The notes under the pieces: generated by a model | Told to the model about the DNA's origin: nothing | The model's database searches: none | Seen by the model: the letters and a program-made list of their open reading frames with translations, nothing else | Part shown: piece after piece, positions 50,672-62,504 of the stretch | Layout: each line of letters starts with the position of its first letter | Position numbering within the stretch: position 1 is the first letter of the stretch | Program-made: the position numbers and the translations under genes | From: Camelus ferus | Lineage: Eukaryota | NCBI RefSeq assembly: GCF_009834535.1 | Contig: NC_045697.1 | Location: forward strand, 85,624,001 to 85,688,000 | Length of the DNA stretch: 64,000 nt | Direction of reading: 5' to 3'

Positions 50672-51177
50672 GAAGAAATAAGAGGTGGTATATTTATACA
50701 ATGGAATACTACTCAGCCATAAAAACGACAACATAATGCCATTTGCAGCAACGTGGATGCTCCTGGAGAATGTCATTCTAAGTGAAGTAAGCCAGAAAGA
50801 GAAAGAAAAATACCATATGAGATCGCTCATATGTGGAATCTAAAACAAACAAACAAACAAACAAACAAACAAAGCTTAAGTACAAAACAGAAACAGACTC
50901 ATAGATATAGAATACAAACTTGTGGTTGCCAAGGGGGCGGAGGATGGGAAGGGACAGACTGGGATTTCAAAATTGTAGAATAAATAAACAAGATTATACT
51001 GTATAGCACAGGGAGGTATGCATGGGATCTTGTGGTAGCTCACAGAGAGGAGGGTGTGATGGTGAATGTATGTATGTTCATGTATAGCTGGGGGATTCTG
51101 CTTTACACTGGAATTTGACACAAATTGTCAAATGTGATTATAAATCAATAAAAAATGTTAAAAAAAAAAAAAAAAGA
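50672..51177 (+). mobile_element. young 5'-truncated L1 with poly(A) and long TSD
   Basis: Little-decayed L1 3' end with internal (AAAC)n, then aataaaaaatgtt and an A16 tail. Flanks are agaagtttgtggaaacctaga (50651-50671) and agaagtttatggaaacataga (51178-51198). Confidence 0.92.
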
Positions 51178-52111
51178 AGAAGTTTATGGAAACATAGAGA
51201 AGAGAGCAAAGTGTTCTGGACCACTACTCAGAAGTAAAATGTATTACCCTGAATTCAGCTGGAAAAAATAGAACACATTCAGTCAGTGTATTTGGAGGAA
51301 AATGCAAGTATTGTGAAGAAAGAAATAAAAGGAGAAGAAAGAAAGACACAAAATGAAGAACAGGCTACAGATAAGGAGAGGTAAATTCCATGGCCCCAGA
51401 CACACAATGGGCAAGTTCCCTGCTAGAGTCCAACCAAGTAGATCAGAGAGTAGAACAGAAACGGAATTTCCAAGGCCTGACTCTTAAATGCTATGGCAAT
51501 ACAACTCCATCCTCATATTAGTGATAAAAGAAAAGTCAGAAGCAAATGTTATATATCATTCTTGGGGGAAGCGAATCCCCACTCCTGCTCGCTCTATCCT
51601 GGAAGAAGTTTGAGGGGTACTGTGGGAATGAGCCAGTTGGTAGGTCGAAGATAGCCAATATTAGGGTGGTAATGCAGGGTATATGAAGGAGATTGCACAT
51701 CAGCTTGCCTCGATGATGGGCAACATTTAGATGCTGAGGATCATTCGTATCTCCTTGTGAGTTGCATGTAATTCACGTAAATAAACTAAATATTTATGGA
51801 TACACATTGTCTCCCCTGTTGTTCATGGTGCCATCACTATACAAAGAGGAACTCAATGGCTTTGCTCATTAGTATGCTGGGTAACAACTATGTGGGTTTT
51901 TTTTAAAGGCCTAACTTGTAGCTGCCAATTTCCATGGTGTAAATACTCTTGCCATGAGCAATTTCAAGCCGACAACATAATGTCCCCAAACAGGGAACTG
52001 GGCAGAGATGTGCACAATGCACTCTGTAAGTCAGCACACACTGACTTCAGAGAGTCAGATGCAACTAGGCTGGACTGGGGCTGGCACAGTTCACTTTAAA
52101 AAGCCCTTCAG

Positions 52112-52556
52112 CCATAAAAAAGAATGAAATATTGGCATTTGCAGCAACATGGATGGACCTAGAGATTATCATACTAAATGCAGTAAGTCATATGGAGAAT
52201 GAAAAATATTATATGGTATCATTTATATGTGGAATCTAGAAAAAATAATACAAATGAATTTATATACAAAACAGCAAGAGACTCACAGACATAGGAAACA
52301 AACTTATGGTTACCAAAGGGGAACAGGATGAGGGAGGGGTAAATTATGAGTATCGAATTAACAGATAGACACCACCAAATAAAAAAAAAGATAAATAACA
52401 GGGATTTACAGGGAACACAGGGAACTATATTCAATATCTTATAATAACCTATAATGGAAAATAATCTGAAAAAATATAAATATGTATAACTGAATCACTA
52501 TGTTGTACACTTGAAATGAATACAATACTGTAAATCCAGTATACTTCAAAAAAACT
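52112..52556 (+). mobile_element. 5'-truncated L1 3' end (artiodactyl type) with TSD, inserted in a MER5-like element
   Basis: gccataaaaaagaatgaaatattggcatttgcagcaacatggatggacctagag..., with TSD aaaaagcccttcag (52098-52111) / aaaaagcccctcag (52557-52570). Confidence 0.9.
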
Positions 52557-53282
52557 AAAAAGCCCCTCAGGAGATTCTCCGTACAACCAAGTCTGAAAAG
52601 TGGTGCTTCTCAGATTTTCATGTGCATGTGAGTCACCTAGAGACCTTATCAAAATGTAGACTCTGACTCAGAAGTCACCTTCTGTCCCTAACAAGGGAAA
52701 TGAGTGGACTAAAAGAAGAAAGAAATCGTCATTTCCAGCTCTACCATTGTCAGAAACACTTTGTAGAGAAGTCACAAACTGGAGGCCCATGATTTGTGGC
52801 CAAACCCACAGAGAGGTTTTCTGTCACCCAACTGTATTTTATTTTAAAAATCTGAATTAAATGCCAACATTACAAAAATCAGGATTCCCAGGGTGGGAAT
52901 TTCTCTCTGGGGAAAAAAACCATAATTAAGGCAATAGCAATGACAACAAAAGAAGATGTGCTAACCCTGGGCACACATCTGGCCTGGCCTGCAGAAATCC
53001 CACCCCTGGGAGACACCCAGTCGCCCTTCTGCCACTGTCACCTCCTGGTAGTCTTCACTGCTTGTTTATATTTCCGACCTTACTCCTGAAGGAATTTCAG
53101 GGGTGTTCATATCTTAGGATTTACAGAACTTTTAATACACCTTTTCCTCTCCAGTTGCACTAACCTACCTTTCTGTCTCATTTCCTCCCACATTCCCCAC
53201 GTGTAAACTATATATTCTTGAAATGCCTTCCTTACGCAGTGTCCTTGGACTCTATTACCTTCTTTCTTTCCTTCACACTTTA

Positions 53283-53393
53283 TTATTTTTGGGGGGGAGA
53301 AGAGGAGGTAATTAGTTTGATTTATTTAATTACTTTTTATTATTGTTGTTGTTATTATTTTAATTATTTTTAAAATTACTATACCCTCCCCCC
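53283..53393 (-). mobile_element. internally deleted tRNA-derived SINE (camelid Vic-1-like) with TSD
   Basis: Minus strand reads ggggggagggtatag...aaataaatcaaactaattacctcc...cccccccaaaaa. Flanks are ttccttcacacttta (53268-53282) and ttcctccacacttta (53394-53408). Confidence 0.65.
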
Positions 53394-55061
53394 TTCCTCC
53401 ACACTTTAGGTAGACCCCCATTCCTGGAAGTACTCCATCCTTCTTTCTTTGCTGGAACCAGTCTGAATTCATCAAGATCCCCACTTCAGTGAAGCCTTCT
53501 TGACACTTAGATTGTAGTCCCTTGAACTCTCTTTTGTTCATTTATCAAGGGAGTTTTGCAATTATTACCCTCTCCTGTAAAGTACAAGTTAGTTCTCTTT
53601 GCACCACTATCTCTAGTGCCCTTTCAAGATCTCTCCTCTCCTCTGAACTTCAGCTTTGGTGTTGCTTATTCAATTTACAAGAATCTTTATTCTATAAATC
53701 TGGTCCCAGATGAACATAAGCTGTCTCCAGTTAAACACTCCTTAAAAGAATTAACACCTTACATTTTCATGGAATGATCAGTTTTTTCAAAGCACTTTTT
53801 CTAAAACACTTTATCCTCACACTAACCCCGAAATATACATAAACAATGTATTACCCTTTGTCAGCATTAAGAAGTTAAAGTGAGATGTCCACCATTTATT
53901 AGGAAAACAGAAAGTTTGAGAAAAATCTTGGCAGTGCCCACCAGAGTTCTCAGGAGGGAAGGTCCACCGTGCAGTCTTCCCCAGGCGTTGTTCTCCGATA
54001 ATAAGTGCTAAAGATTTGTCTCATTCCACTTCCAAGCTTCCAGAATCCTTAGTATTTGATTGAAAAACTAAGTCTTGACATGTGGAATTAACCTATATTA
54101 ATGTCAAAGTAATAATCCAGGTCTTTTGATTCCCAGTATAAAAACCCACTTTGCTGAACTACGTTCATCTTTACAAATGGCGTCATAATCAGCCAGCAAT
54201 ACAAACATGCTTCAGAAATCTGCCTTCACAAGCATTTAGAAATTCACTCTGTGGAGTTAGCTGCACTTGGCAACTTCAGAATGCCCAAGTGCAATGATTT
54301 CATCAGAGTGCATAAAAAGTCTGTACGTCAACTTATGACTCTGCATTATGTGTCACTTTCAAGCCAACGCTATGTACTCTGATGTTTAGTGCATTTGGGA
54401 AATTATTTACATCATAGATGAGATGGGAATCAAAGATTTTAGCATCCTGATCTACTAACAATAAACTTAGTGCAAATTAATGAAAAAAAGCAACACCAGA
54501 GAGATAAATTGAAGATCTCAAAATGGTAATGATAGGGTGAAAGAAACACTTGCTGTGAGAATAAAAGTAATTTGCCAAGGGGTGGAAACAGCAGAGCTTG
54601 AAGACAAATAATAGTTCATTTCTCTCACATTCCCTCTATATTTCCAGACACTTTATAAGAATTTTGATGTAGCCATAAGAATACACCAACCCATAAAAGC
54701 ACAGGTATAACCAATGCTCCCTCCTCGAGGTACATCTTAAGCATTGGTGCAAATACACTCAATGACTGCTTATGGATTACAAAGACACACTCTAGTTGTG
54801 TCTCTTTGGAAGGACTGGATCATTTGGTGAAGTGCAGTGCCAGTTTTTCTCCACACACTGCTCCCAACAATGACTCGGAATGGTTCTCTGCCATTTCTGC
54901 TCCCCTTCTAAGTAAGGAGGAGAAATTAATCTCTCCTCCTTTATCAGTCAGGACACATATTTTGTGTTCCTTCTCCCTGTGTGACTCTGTTAATGTATTT
55001 TTTAAAAAGGACAGTTCAAGATTTTTATTCTGCAAATGCATTATATTTGTTTTAAAGTTTA

Positions 55062-55098
55062 ATATATGTGTGTGTGTGTGTGTACATATATATATATA
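55062..55098. repeat. compound (TG)n(TA)n microsatellite near the 5' end of intron 1
   Basis: atatatgtgtgtgtgtgtgtgtacatatatatatata is directly visible. Confidence 0.9.
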
Positions 55099-55479
55099 AA
55101 ACTTTAAAATGGGAGAATGTTGGAGCTTTAATTATTTGAAATATTTTATCTCACTGTTATTTTAAAAAATAGGGGGGAAATCCTGGTAATTATGGAAAGG
55201 GGAGCTGAAACAACTGAAGAGTGGTGCGACTTCCCATCTTGCTGCCCTGAACCTCTCCTAAGCATTTCCCTTACTTCCATCTCTAAGCGATGAGGAGAAA
55301 AACGCTGGAACAGAATCAAAGGCAGCAAAAAACTTATCTCCAAGGGTGCGCAGTTGAGAAAGTTCTAAGAAAGGGCACTGGATTCATTTGGCACCAAGAA
55401 AAATACAAGAAAGTCCGAAGAGTAGGGTATATGTTGGGGAGTGAGGGGACCTGGAAGGTTGGGGACTTAGGGGAGAAGG

Positions 55480-56340
55480 AGAGGGCGTGGACTCACCTCC
55501 CAGCCAGTTGTCGGAGATGTTCTGGAGCATAGTGACCGGGATGCAGAAGAAGGCGATGAGCAGGTCGCTCAGAGCCAAGGAGCAGATGAAGATGTTGGTG
55601 ACGGTGCGCATGGCCTTGCTGCGGGTCACCACGTAGACCACTAGTGCATTGCCGAAGAGCGCCAGGGCGAAGATGAGCACGCCGATGAGCACGAAGGCCA
55701 GCTTGGCGCGCCCAGGCAGCTCGGGGGTGTAGACAAGCGGCCGCAGCCCGTACAGCGCGATGAACTGCTCCCGCGTCAGGTTGTGGTCCCGCAGCAGCCG
55801 GGAGAACTGCTCCGGGGTGATGTTGAGCGACTGCATGCCGCGCGCGCCCTGAGCGCCATCCACTGTCCGGGGCGAGGACTCCCGCGCCGCGCGCGAGGCG
55901 CAGGCTGCCGGGGGACAGGCCGGGACAGCCTCCGCTCCGGACTCGGGCTCGAGGGGGTGCTCCCGCTTGCACCTCCGATGTTCGGGGGAAGGAAAGCAGC
56001 GCAGGGCTCTATCCACAGTCAAGCGGCGGGAAGCCAAAGCGTGGGAGGCTATCCCATTGACCAAAACTGTTCAGGTTCAAAGTTCTCTTGCTCTTCTCTG
56101 TGGCCCTCCGGAGTGCCGGAGCACCGCGCGACGGTCCCCCCGCCTCTGGCTCCCCAGCCTTCCGGTGCGAGGACGGCGCACCCGCCCCGGAGCGGCAGAG
56201 GGTGGGGCTGGAGCTCGGCAGCGCTCCACTCACCCCCCGCTTCAGTGGCGTGGCCGCCGCCTCCGCATCCTCACGGCGAGGGAACCTCCTCCCGGGCTCC
56301 CCATTTTCTGCTTCCCACCCCCTTTCTCGTGCCCTAGGTC
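55480..56340. promoter_or_regulatory. CpG island over the QRFPR promoter, 5'UTR and exon 1
   Basis: Abrupt GC- and CpG-rich block (cgcgcgcc, ccgcgcgcg, GC-box-like cccgcccc near 56182) in an otherwise AT-rich window, spanning the ATG. The TSS cannot be fixed from sequence. Confidence 0.88.
55497..55836 (-). CDS. QRFPR: QRFPR coding exon 1 (N-terminus, TM1-TM2)
   Basis: ATG at 55836 gives MQSLNITPEQFSRLLRDHNLTREQFIALYGLRPLVYTPELPGRAKLAF...GNALVVYVV...NIFICSLALSDLL...NWLG. 340 nt, ending GGAG|GTGAGT (phase 1). Matches the remembered mammalian QRFPR N-terminus and the class A GN and LAxxD motifs. Confidence 0.98.
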
Positions 56341-56437
56341 ATGCTTACGTGTAACACTGAGTATTGGAGTTTTCCATAGTCACGATTTCTCTTCTTATGA
56401 AATAATGCGGGCCACAGCTAGCCATGGCAAAATAGGA

Positions 56438-59075
56438 CTTTTTTTTTCTTGTATTCAAAAAGTAATTACAGCACACAGGAAATTGCCCATATAGTACAGA
56501 GAGGTCCCATGTATACTTCACCTGGTTACTCCCATTGATTACACCTTTCTTAACTATAGCACAATATAAAACCAGGAGTTCACAGTGGTACAATGAGTGT
56601 ATGTAGGTCTGTGTCATTTTATCCCAAGTGTAGATTCCTCTAACCAGCACCAAAATAAGAGAGAAAACACTTCTATCACCACAAAGATCTTCCTCGGACT
56701 ACTGCTTCACAATCACACCCAGCCCCTCCGCCCACCACCTCCAACCCCTGCCAATCATTAATGTATTCTCCCTCTCTATGCTTTTGACAGGTTGTATAAA
56801 CAGAACCATACAGTATATGACCTTTTGATACTGATTTTTTCCCCCACTCAGCATAACGCCCTTCAGATCCATCCAAATTGTTAGGTGTATCAGTAGTTCT
56901 TTCATATTGCTGAGGACGTACCACAGTTTAACCAGTCACCCACAGTAAGATATTTTGGTTGTTTCCAGTTTGGGGTTATTACAAATAAAGCAGCTACGAA
57001 GAACAATGTACAGATTTCTGTGTGGATGTGTTTTCATTTCTCTGAGAAATGCAAGAGATTTGGTTGTTGAGTATATGGTTTGTATATTTAGGCTCTTAAG
57101 AAATTGCCAAACTACTTTTCAAAGTGGCTGTACCATTTTACATTTCCACCGGCAATATATGAGAGATTCAGCTTCACTCCTTGCAGCATTTGGTATCGTC
57201 ATTGTTTTTTATTTTAGCTGTTCTACTAAGCGTGTAGTGATATCTCATTGAATCTTAACTTGCATTTCCCTAAAAGCAAATGATGTTGAATGTCTTCTGT
57301 GCTGTTTGCCATCCCAGTCTCTTCTCGGGTGAAATGTCTTCTCATATGTTTAATCCGTTTTTTAATTGAATTGTCTGGTTTATTTGCTGTTGAGTTTAAG
57401 GGTACTTTTTATATCCTTGATGTCAGCTCTTTGTCAATAGTGATTTGCAAATATCTTCTATTTACATTTAATGCAATTACTGATATGTTAGGATTCAATT
57501 CAGCCATTTTATTTATTTATTTATTTTCTGTTTGTTCCATTATTAGTTTCTCTAATTTGTTTTTCCTGCGTATGGGTTACATAACTTTTTTTTAGCATTT
57601 CATTTAGGTTTATCTATGGTGTTTTTGAGTGTATCTCTTTACATAACTATTTTCTATGAGTACTGTATGTAGTACATTAAATACACGTAACTCATCCAGT
57701 TTGCTGGTGTCAATATTACCAGACTGGGTCAAGTGTAGAAACCTTACCTCCTTTTATGTTCCTTTAACCTTCCCAAATATATTGTCTTAGATATTGCCTC
57801 TACATACATTTAAAACCACATTAGTTAGTGTTCCAATTTTAGCTTTAACTGTCATAAATAATTTAGGACACTCAAAAGGAGGAGGAAAATTTATTGTATT
57901 TATTCATATTATTACTCTTTCTATTGTTCTTTCTTCCTCCTTGATTTTCCAAGATTCTTCTTCCTATCACTTTCTTTATGTTTAGAGGGCATCCTTAACT
58001 ATTCTTTTAGGATAGGTCTGCTGGCAATAAATGTTCTTAGTTTTTCCTTTATCTGAGAATACTTTGACTTCTCATTCATTCCTGAAGGATATTACTACTG
58101 GACATAGAGTTCTGGAATGTCAGGGGGTTTTTGTTGTTGTGTTTTTTGTTTGTTTTGCTTTTTTTTTCAGCACTTGAAATGGACTTTGCCACTTGCTTTT
58201 TTATGCATGGTTTCCAGTGAAATCACTATCATTCAAATTATTTTTCTCTATAGGTAAGGTGTCATTTCTCTCTTGCTGTTTTCCAGACTTTTTCATTGTC
58301 TTAGTTTTCAGAAGTTCTGTTATGATGTGTCTTGGTGTTGATTTCTTAGGGTTTATTCTATTTGGGGTTTGCTGAGCTTCTTGAACCTGTAAGTTTATGT
58401 CTTTTGCCATAAATGGGGGGAATTTTTAGCCACTATTTCTTCATATTCTTTTTCAACCCTGCCCTCTTTCTCCTCTCCTTCTGAGATTTGGATGACATGA
58501 AGGTTAAATCTTTTGTTATAGTCCCACAAGTCTGAGACTCTATTTGGGGTTTTTTAAGGGCGTAGTATGGAGTGATGAATCTATTTCCTCTGTTGTTCAG
58601 ATTGGATTATTTCTATATTTCTATCTTAAAATTCACTGATTCTTTTCTCTGCCCTATCCATTCTGCTGTTGATCCCATCCATTGAGTTTTGTATTTTTGT
58701 TATTGTATTTTTCAGTTCCAAAATTTCTATTTGGTTCTTCTCTATGTCTTCTATTTCTTTGCAAAGACTTTTTTTGCTTGTTTACAATGTGTTCATAACT
58801 GCTTATTGAAGCATTTTTATGATGACTGCTTTAAAATTATTCTCAGACAATGCTAACATCTCTGCCTTCTCAGTGTTTATGTCTATTGATTGTGTTTTTT
58901 TTTTTCATTTAAGTTGAAATGTTGCTGGTTATTGATATAGTGAGTGATTTTCTAATATAACTGGAAATTTGGGATTTTATGAGAATTTGACTTTTTTATT
59001 GACCTCTGATGACAGCTCTTCAGCAGGGGAGTAGAGGATTCCACTGCATTACTGCCAGGTAGGGATAAAAGTCCA
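56438..59075 (-). mobile_element. L1 (L1MC-like): 3' end at 56438-57455 plus ORF2 5'/ORF1 region at 57455-59075
   Basis: 3'UTR signature gtacagagaggtcccatgtatacttcacc. ORF1p remnant MAKDINLQVQEAQQTPNRINPKKSTPRHII at 58410-58201. Confidence 0.88.
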
Positions 59076-59307
59076 GCAATAGAAAAAATTAGAAATTTGC
59101 TTTTGGGTACTCACCTGCCCATTTTGTAACAAAAGTTTTGTTTGTTTTTTAAATTCAAGGTGACTTCTCTAGACACTAAGAAGAAAGTAATGAAATTTCA
59201 TGGAAAATTATTCTCATTATACCCATCCCTCACCATTACCACCACCACTTCCTTCCAGTCTTCTACATTCAAATAATAATGTAAGTATTATAATGTACAC
59301 CTACACC

Positions 59308-59705
59308 TGTGGACTGACTTGTGCCCCTCACTCCCACAATGTGACTATATTTGAAGATAGGGTCTTTAGGAGGTAATTAAGGTTAAGTGAGATCATAGTG
59401 TTGGGACTCTAATCCAACAGAACTGGTGACCTATTTATAAGAAGAGGGAAAAAAAAGAGGTATCTCCATGTGCATGCACCAAGGGAAGGCCACGTAAGCA
59501 CACAGTGAGTAGGTGGTTAGATAATCCAGGTAAGAATATCCTGGCTTCCAGAAAAGCCAGGAAGAGAGCTCTCGTCAGAAACCAAATCAGCTAAAACTTT
59601 GATCTTGGACTTCTAGCCTCCAGAACTGTGAGAAAATGAATCTGTGTTGTGTAAGCCACACACTCTACAATATTTTGTTGTGGCAGCCTGAACAGACTAG
59701 GATAC
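59308..59705 (+). mobile_element. MaLR solo LTR (MLT1A/B-like)
   Basis: tgtggactgacttgtgcccc...aatgtgactatatttgaagatagggtcttta...ttgatcttggacttctagcctccagaactgtgaga...ggcagcctgaacagactag. Confidence 0.9.
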
Positions 59706-61034
59706 CTACATTTTTCTAACTTTGCCCCAATTCTTTCCTTAATTTTATATGCATCCTGTAGCCATTGTTCTCTATCATTAACTTTCAAGATAATACGAAA
59801 GCTGAGAAATAAAAAACTCAGAATACAAATATTCAGAAATCTACCTGCTGACCCACACCTGGTGTTGGAAATGCAGGGGTTCTCTAAGTCTAACTCTGGC
59901 ATCTACCCACATATTACTGCAAACATCCAGGAATGCCGTTGTTGTAATTTTCAAAAACAATGTTGTGCTATTACATTAAAAACATCTAGCATTCCAAAAA
60001 AAGCAACGGTAAGTGAAGGGTAGCATTATAACTACTGAGAGAAGCCTAAAAAAAGAAGCTGCCCTAATGGTTACAGCACACCTAAACCTCCTTGTAGAAT
60101 TGATGGCCCACATCTGTGAGCCTGATTCTCTGGGCTGTGGGCTGTAGATCTGGAGCACAGAGAGGAATGCTCAAACAGTGTGGGAGCCACAGAGATGGAA
60201 GACCCACCCTGCCTCTCCCTGGGCCTTGGTATGGGGGTCAAGGAAGGCTAGCAGCACAGAAGAAACCTCTGGATTTCTTGAGGCTGGAGTGAGTCTGGTG
60301 TCACCATATTCAATTCCCTGTGCCATGTGGACACATGTTACTGTGGACAGCAGTGATGCTGACCTGCATGCCGCAGCCCCAGGGCTACGCCGCACTCTTC
60401 ACACAGGTGAAAGCGTATTAGAGAATGAGGGAGGTGTGAGAAGGGAAGATTAGCTCCCTCAGTGGCTCCCTGGGATATATTGGAAAGCCCTGTGAAGCCA
60501 GAACAGTAGAATTTTATTTGAAATATTACACGATTAATGTTAGGATTTAATTAGAGCTAAATATGAAAAAAAGATGAAATTCACTTTTAAAGTTTGAAAC
60601 TCTCTCTTTGCTCTTCTTCCCCCTGATGATATTGTATAACTTCTCACTTCTACCACTTCTTCACGCTTCTTCAACCCTTGCTCCCCCATCTTCCCAACCC
60701 ACTCCACCTCACCAGTCTACACCCAATCCCCATCCAACTGAAAACATCTCTAGTAAGATAACCCAAGTCCGATCTCACAGGGCACTCTCAGTATTCCTGA
60801 CCTTCTCCTCCATCTCAACCCCACAAACCCTCAGTAGTCCAGTTCTTCAGATCTCTTTTTATTGCTAGAAAACTGAAAAAGTAAATGACCAGGCACTGTG
60901 CTCATCATTGAGTGTGGCAAACAAACAGACTGAGCCCTTGCCCGAAAAGCGTAACTCCTGATAAGCAGAGAACTGGGGCCTGTACACAAAAGCATAAAAC
61001 ACAGCTCAGCCTTTGGACGGCTCGTGATCTTGCT

Positions 61035-61358
61035 CAAGGGTCAGCAAACTACAGCCTGGGCCAAAGATGGTCCACTACTTATTTTTGTACCACCCATGAG
61101 CAAAGAATGGTTTTACATTTCAGATGGTTGAAAAACAATCATAAGGAAAATATATTTCATGATACACGGACTTTGTGTGAAATTCAATTTTCAGTGACTA
61201 TAAAAATAAAGAAGTTTGGCAAGCAACCATACTCCTTTGTTTACATATGGTCTGTGGCTGTTTTCCTGCTACAATGACAGAGTTGCATGTTCACAATGGA
61301 GACTTCTCAAAGAATAAAGTACTGTCTGATCCTTTGCAGAAAACGCTTGCCAACCTCT
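61035..61358. mobile_element. MER58B-like hAT-Charlie element
   Basis: caagggtcagcaaactacagcc...gtttacatatggtctgtggctgttttcctgctacaatgacagagttg...cctttgcagaaaacgcttgccaacctct. Confidence 0.85.
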
Positions 61359-62504
61359 CATCTTGTCGGAGGGGCAGGATGACACAAATATTTCTAGCCC
61401 AGAGCAAGGTGGTAAGTGCCACATCCACACACAGAAAAGATATGTTCTGAAAATTCTACCAACGACAGATCCACAAATGCTCCACAGGGAAAGAAGAGTG
61501 TGACCCAGGCCTAGAAGGAAGGGTAGAGAGGAAAGAAAGGTCACTTCCTTCATACTGAGGAAACAGCCTCCCCAGGCACTGAGGCAGGAATGAGGATGCT
61601 AGACATAGGGCATGCTGGGAGATATAAAGCAGGGAAAGTAGGATTGTCTTCTGATACTTGTTGCCAACATGAGTGACCAGAAGGCAGTAGTGAAAGAGGG
61701 TCCCTTTTCCAAATGATGCAAGCTGACCGAGAGAAGGAGAAGCACTGAAAAGCTCTCTAATCTTGAGAATAGGAACATGGGAGAAATTTTTTTAGCTAAA
61801 TGTAAAAGAAAAGGAGGTACTTTTATGGAAATGTTCTAGAATTCATCTTAGTCAGAGTGTGTAATAATCAAGTCTTAGAAAAGATTACAAAATTGTCAGA
61901 GACGGGGGATTAACTAGACACCAGCTGAAGATACAAGTGGTCTAAAAGCCTAGTACTTGGGGAAGGTTTTCTTCACTTTGCTGAGAATTTTGTCCCTCAG
62001 AAGGGAGAAGTTTCTGGTAGAACTGGTATTCTGTTCTTAATTCCGGCCAACGTGGAAAGCGTTAATGGTGAGCTGGGAATGACAGAAAGCTTAAGAAGAT
62101 TGTCACTGTGAACTCTCAGTGTGAGGTGAGGTGGAACATGCTAGGTGCAGTCAGGTGGTGATTCTAAGCTTCAAGAAACCAAGTTAATGATGTTTAAAAA
62201 GGTTCACATGATCTCTTGGACTGAGTTTCTAAAACAGAAACTGGCCAAAGAGGGCTGAGAAGCTCTAAAATTTAAATTCTTACAATACAGTAGCAGAGTA
62301 TCACAATGAGGAAAAAAAAAAGAAGCAGTCACAGAATACCATAGGATGCATAAAACCAATATTCTGAACTCTCCTGCAGAGCAGAGATTCATTTGATTGT
62401 GAGGGATGATATATATGTATATAAATGAACAGATATAAAAACTTCTAAGAATGGGCCTAGAATAAACTAATTTTTGTGAAAAGTGTTTACAGTAAAAAAG
62501 AAAA

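Noticed and set aside
55860..55880. RE1/NRSE-like sequence (cactgtccggggcgagga) in the 5'UTR
   Set aside because: Only the CTGTCC half matches and the GGTGCTGA half has several mismatches, too degenerate to call.
55837..56064. 76-codon in-frame N-terminal extension of QRFPR suggested by the ORF track (226 aa ORF)
   Set aside because: It starts at TTG and has no in-frame ATG. An open frame is expected in GC-rich island sequence, and the ATG at 55836 gives the 431-aa length I recall for QRFPR.
55493..56494. Long alternative-frame and antisense ORFs (159, 184, 175 aa) over exon 1 and the promoter
   Set aside because: Pro/Arg/Gly/Ala-rich translations typical of stop-poor CpG islands, with no recognisable domain.
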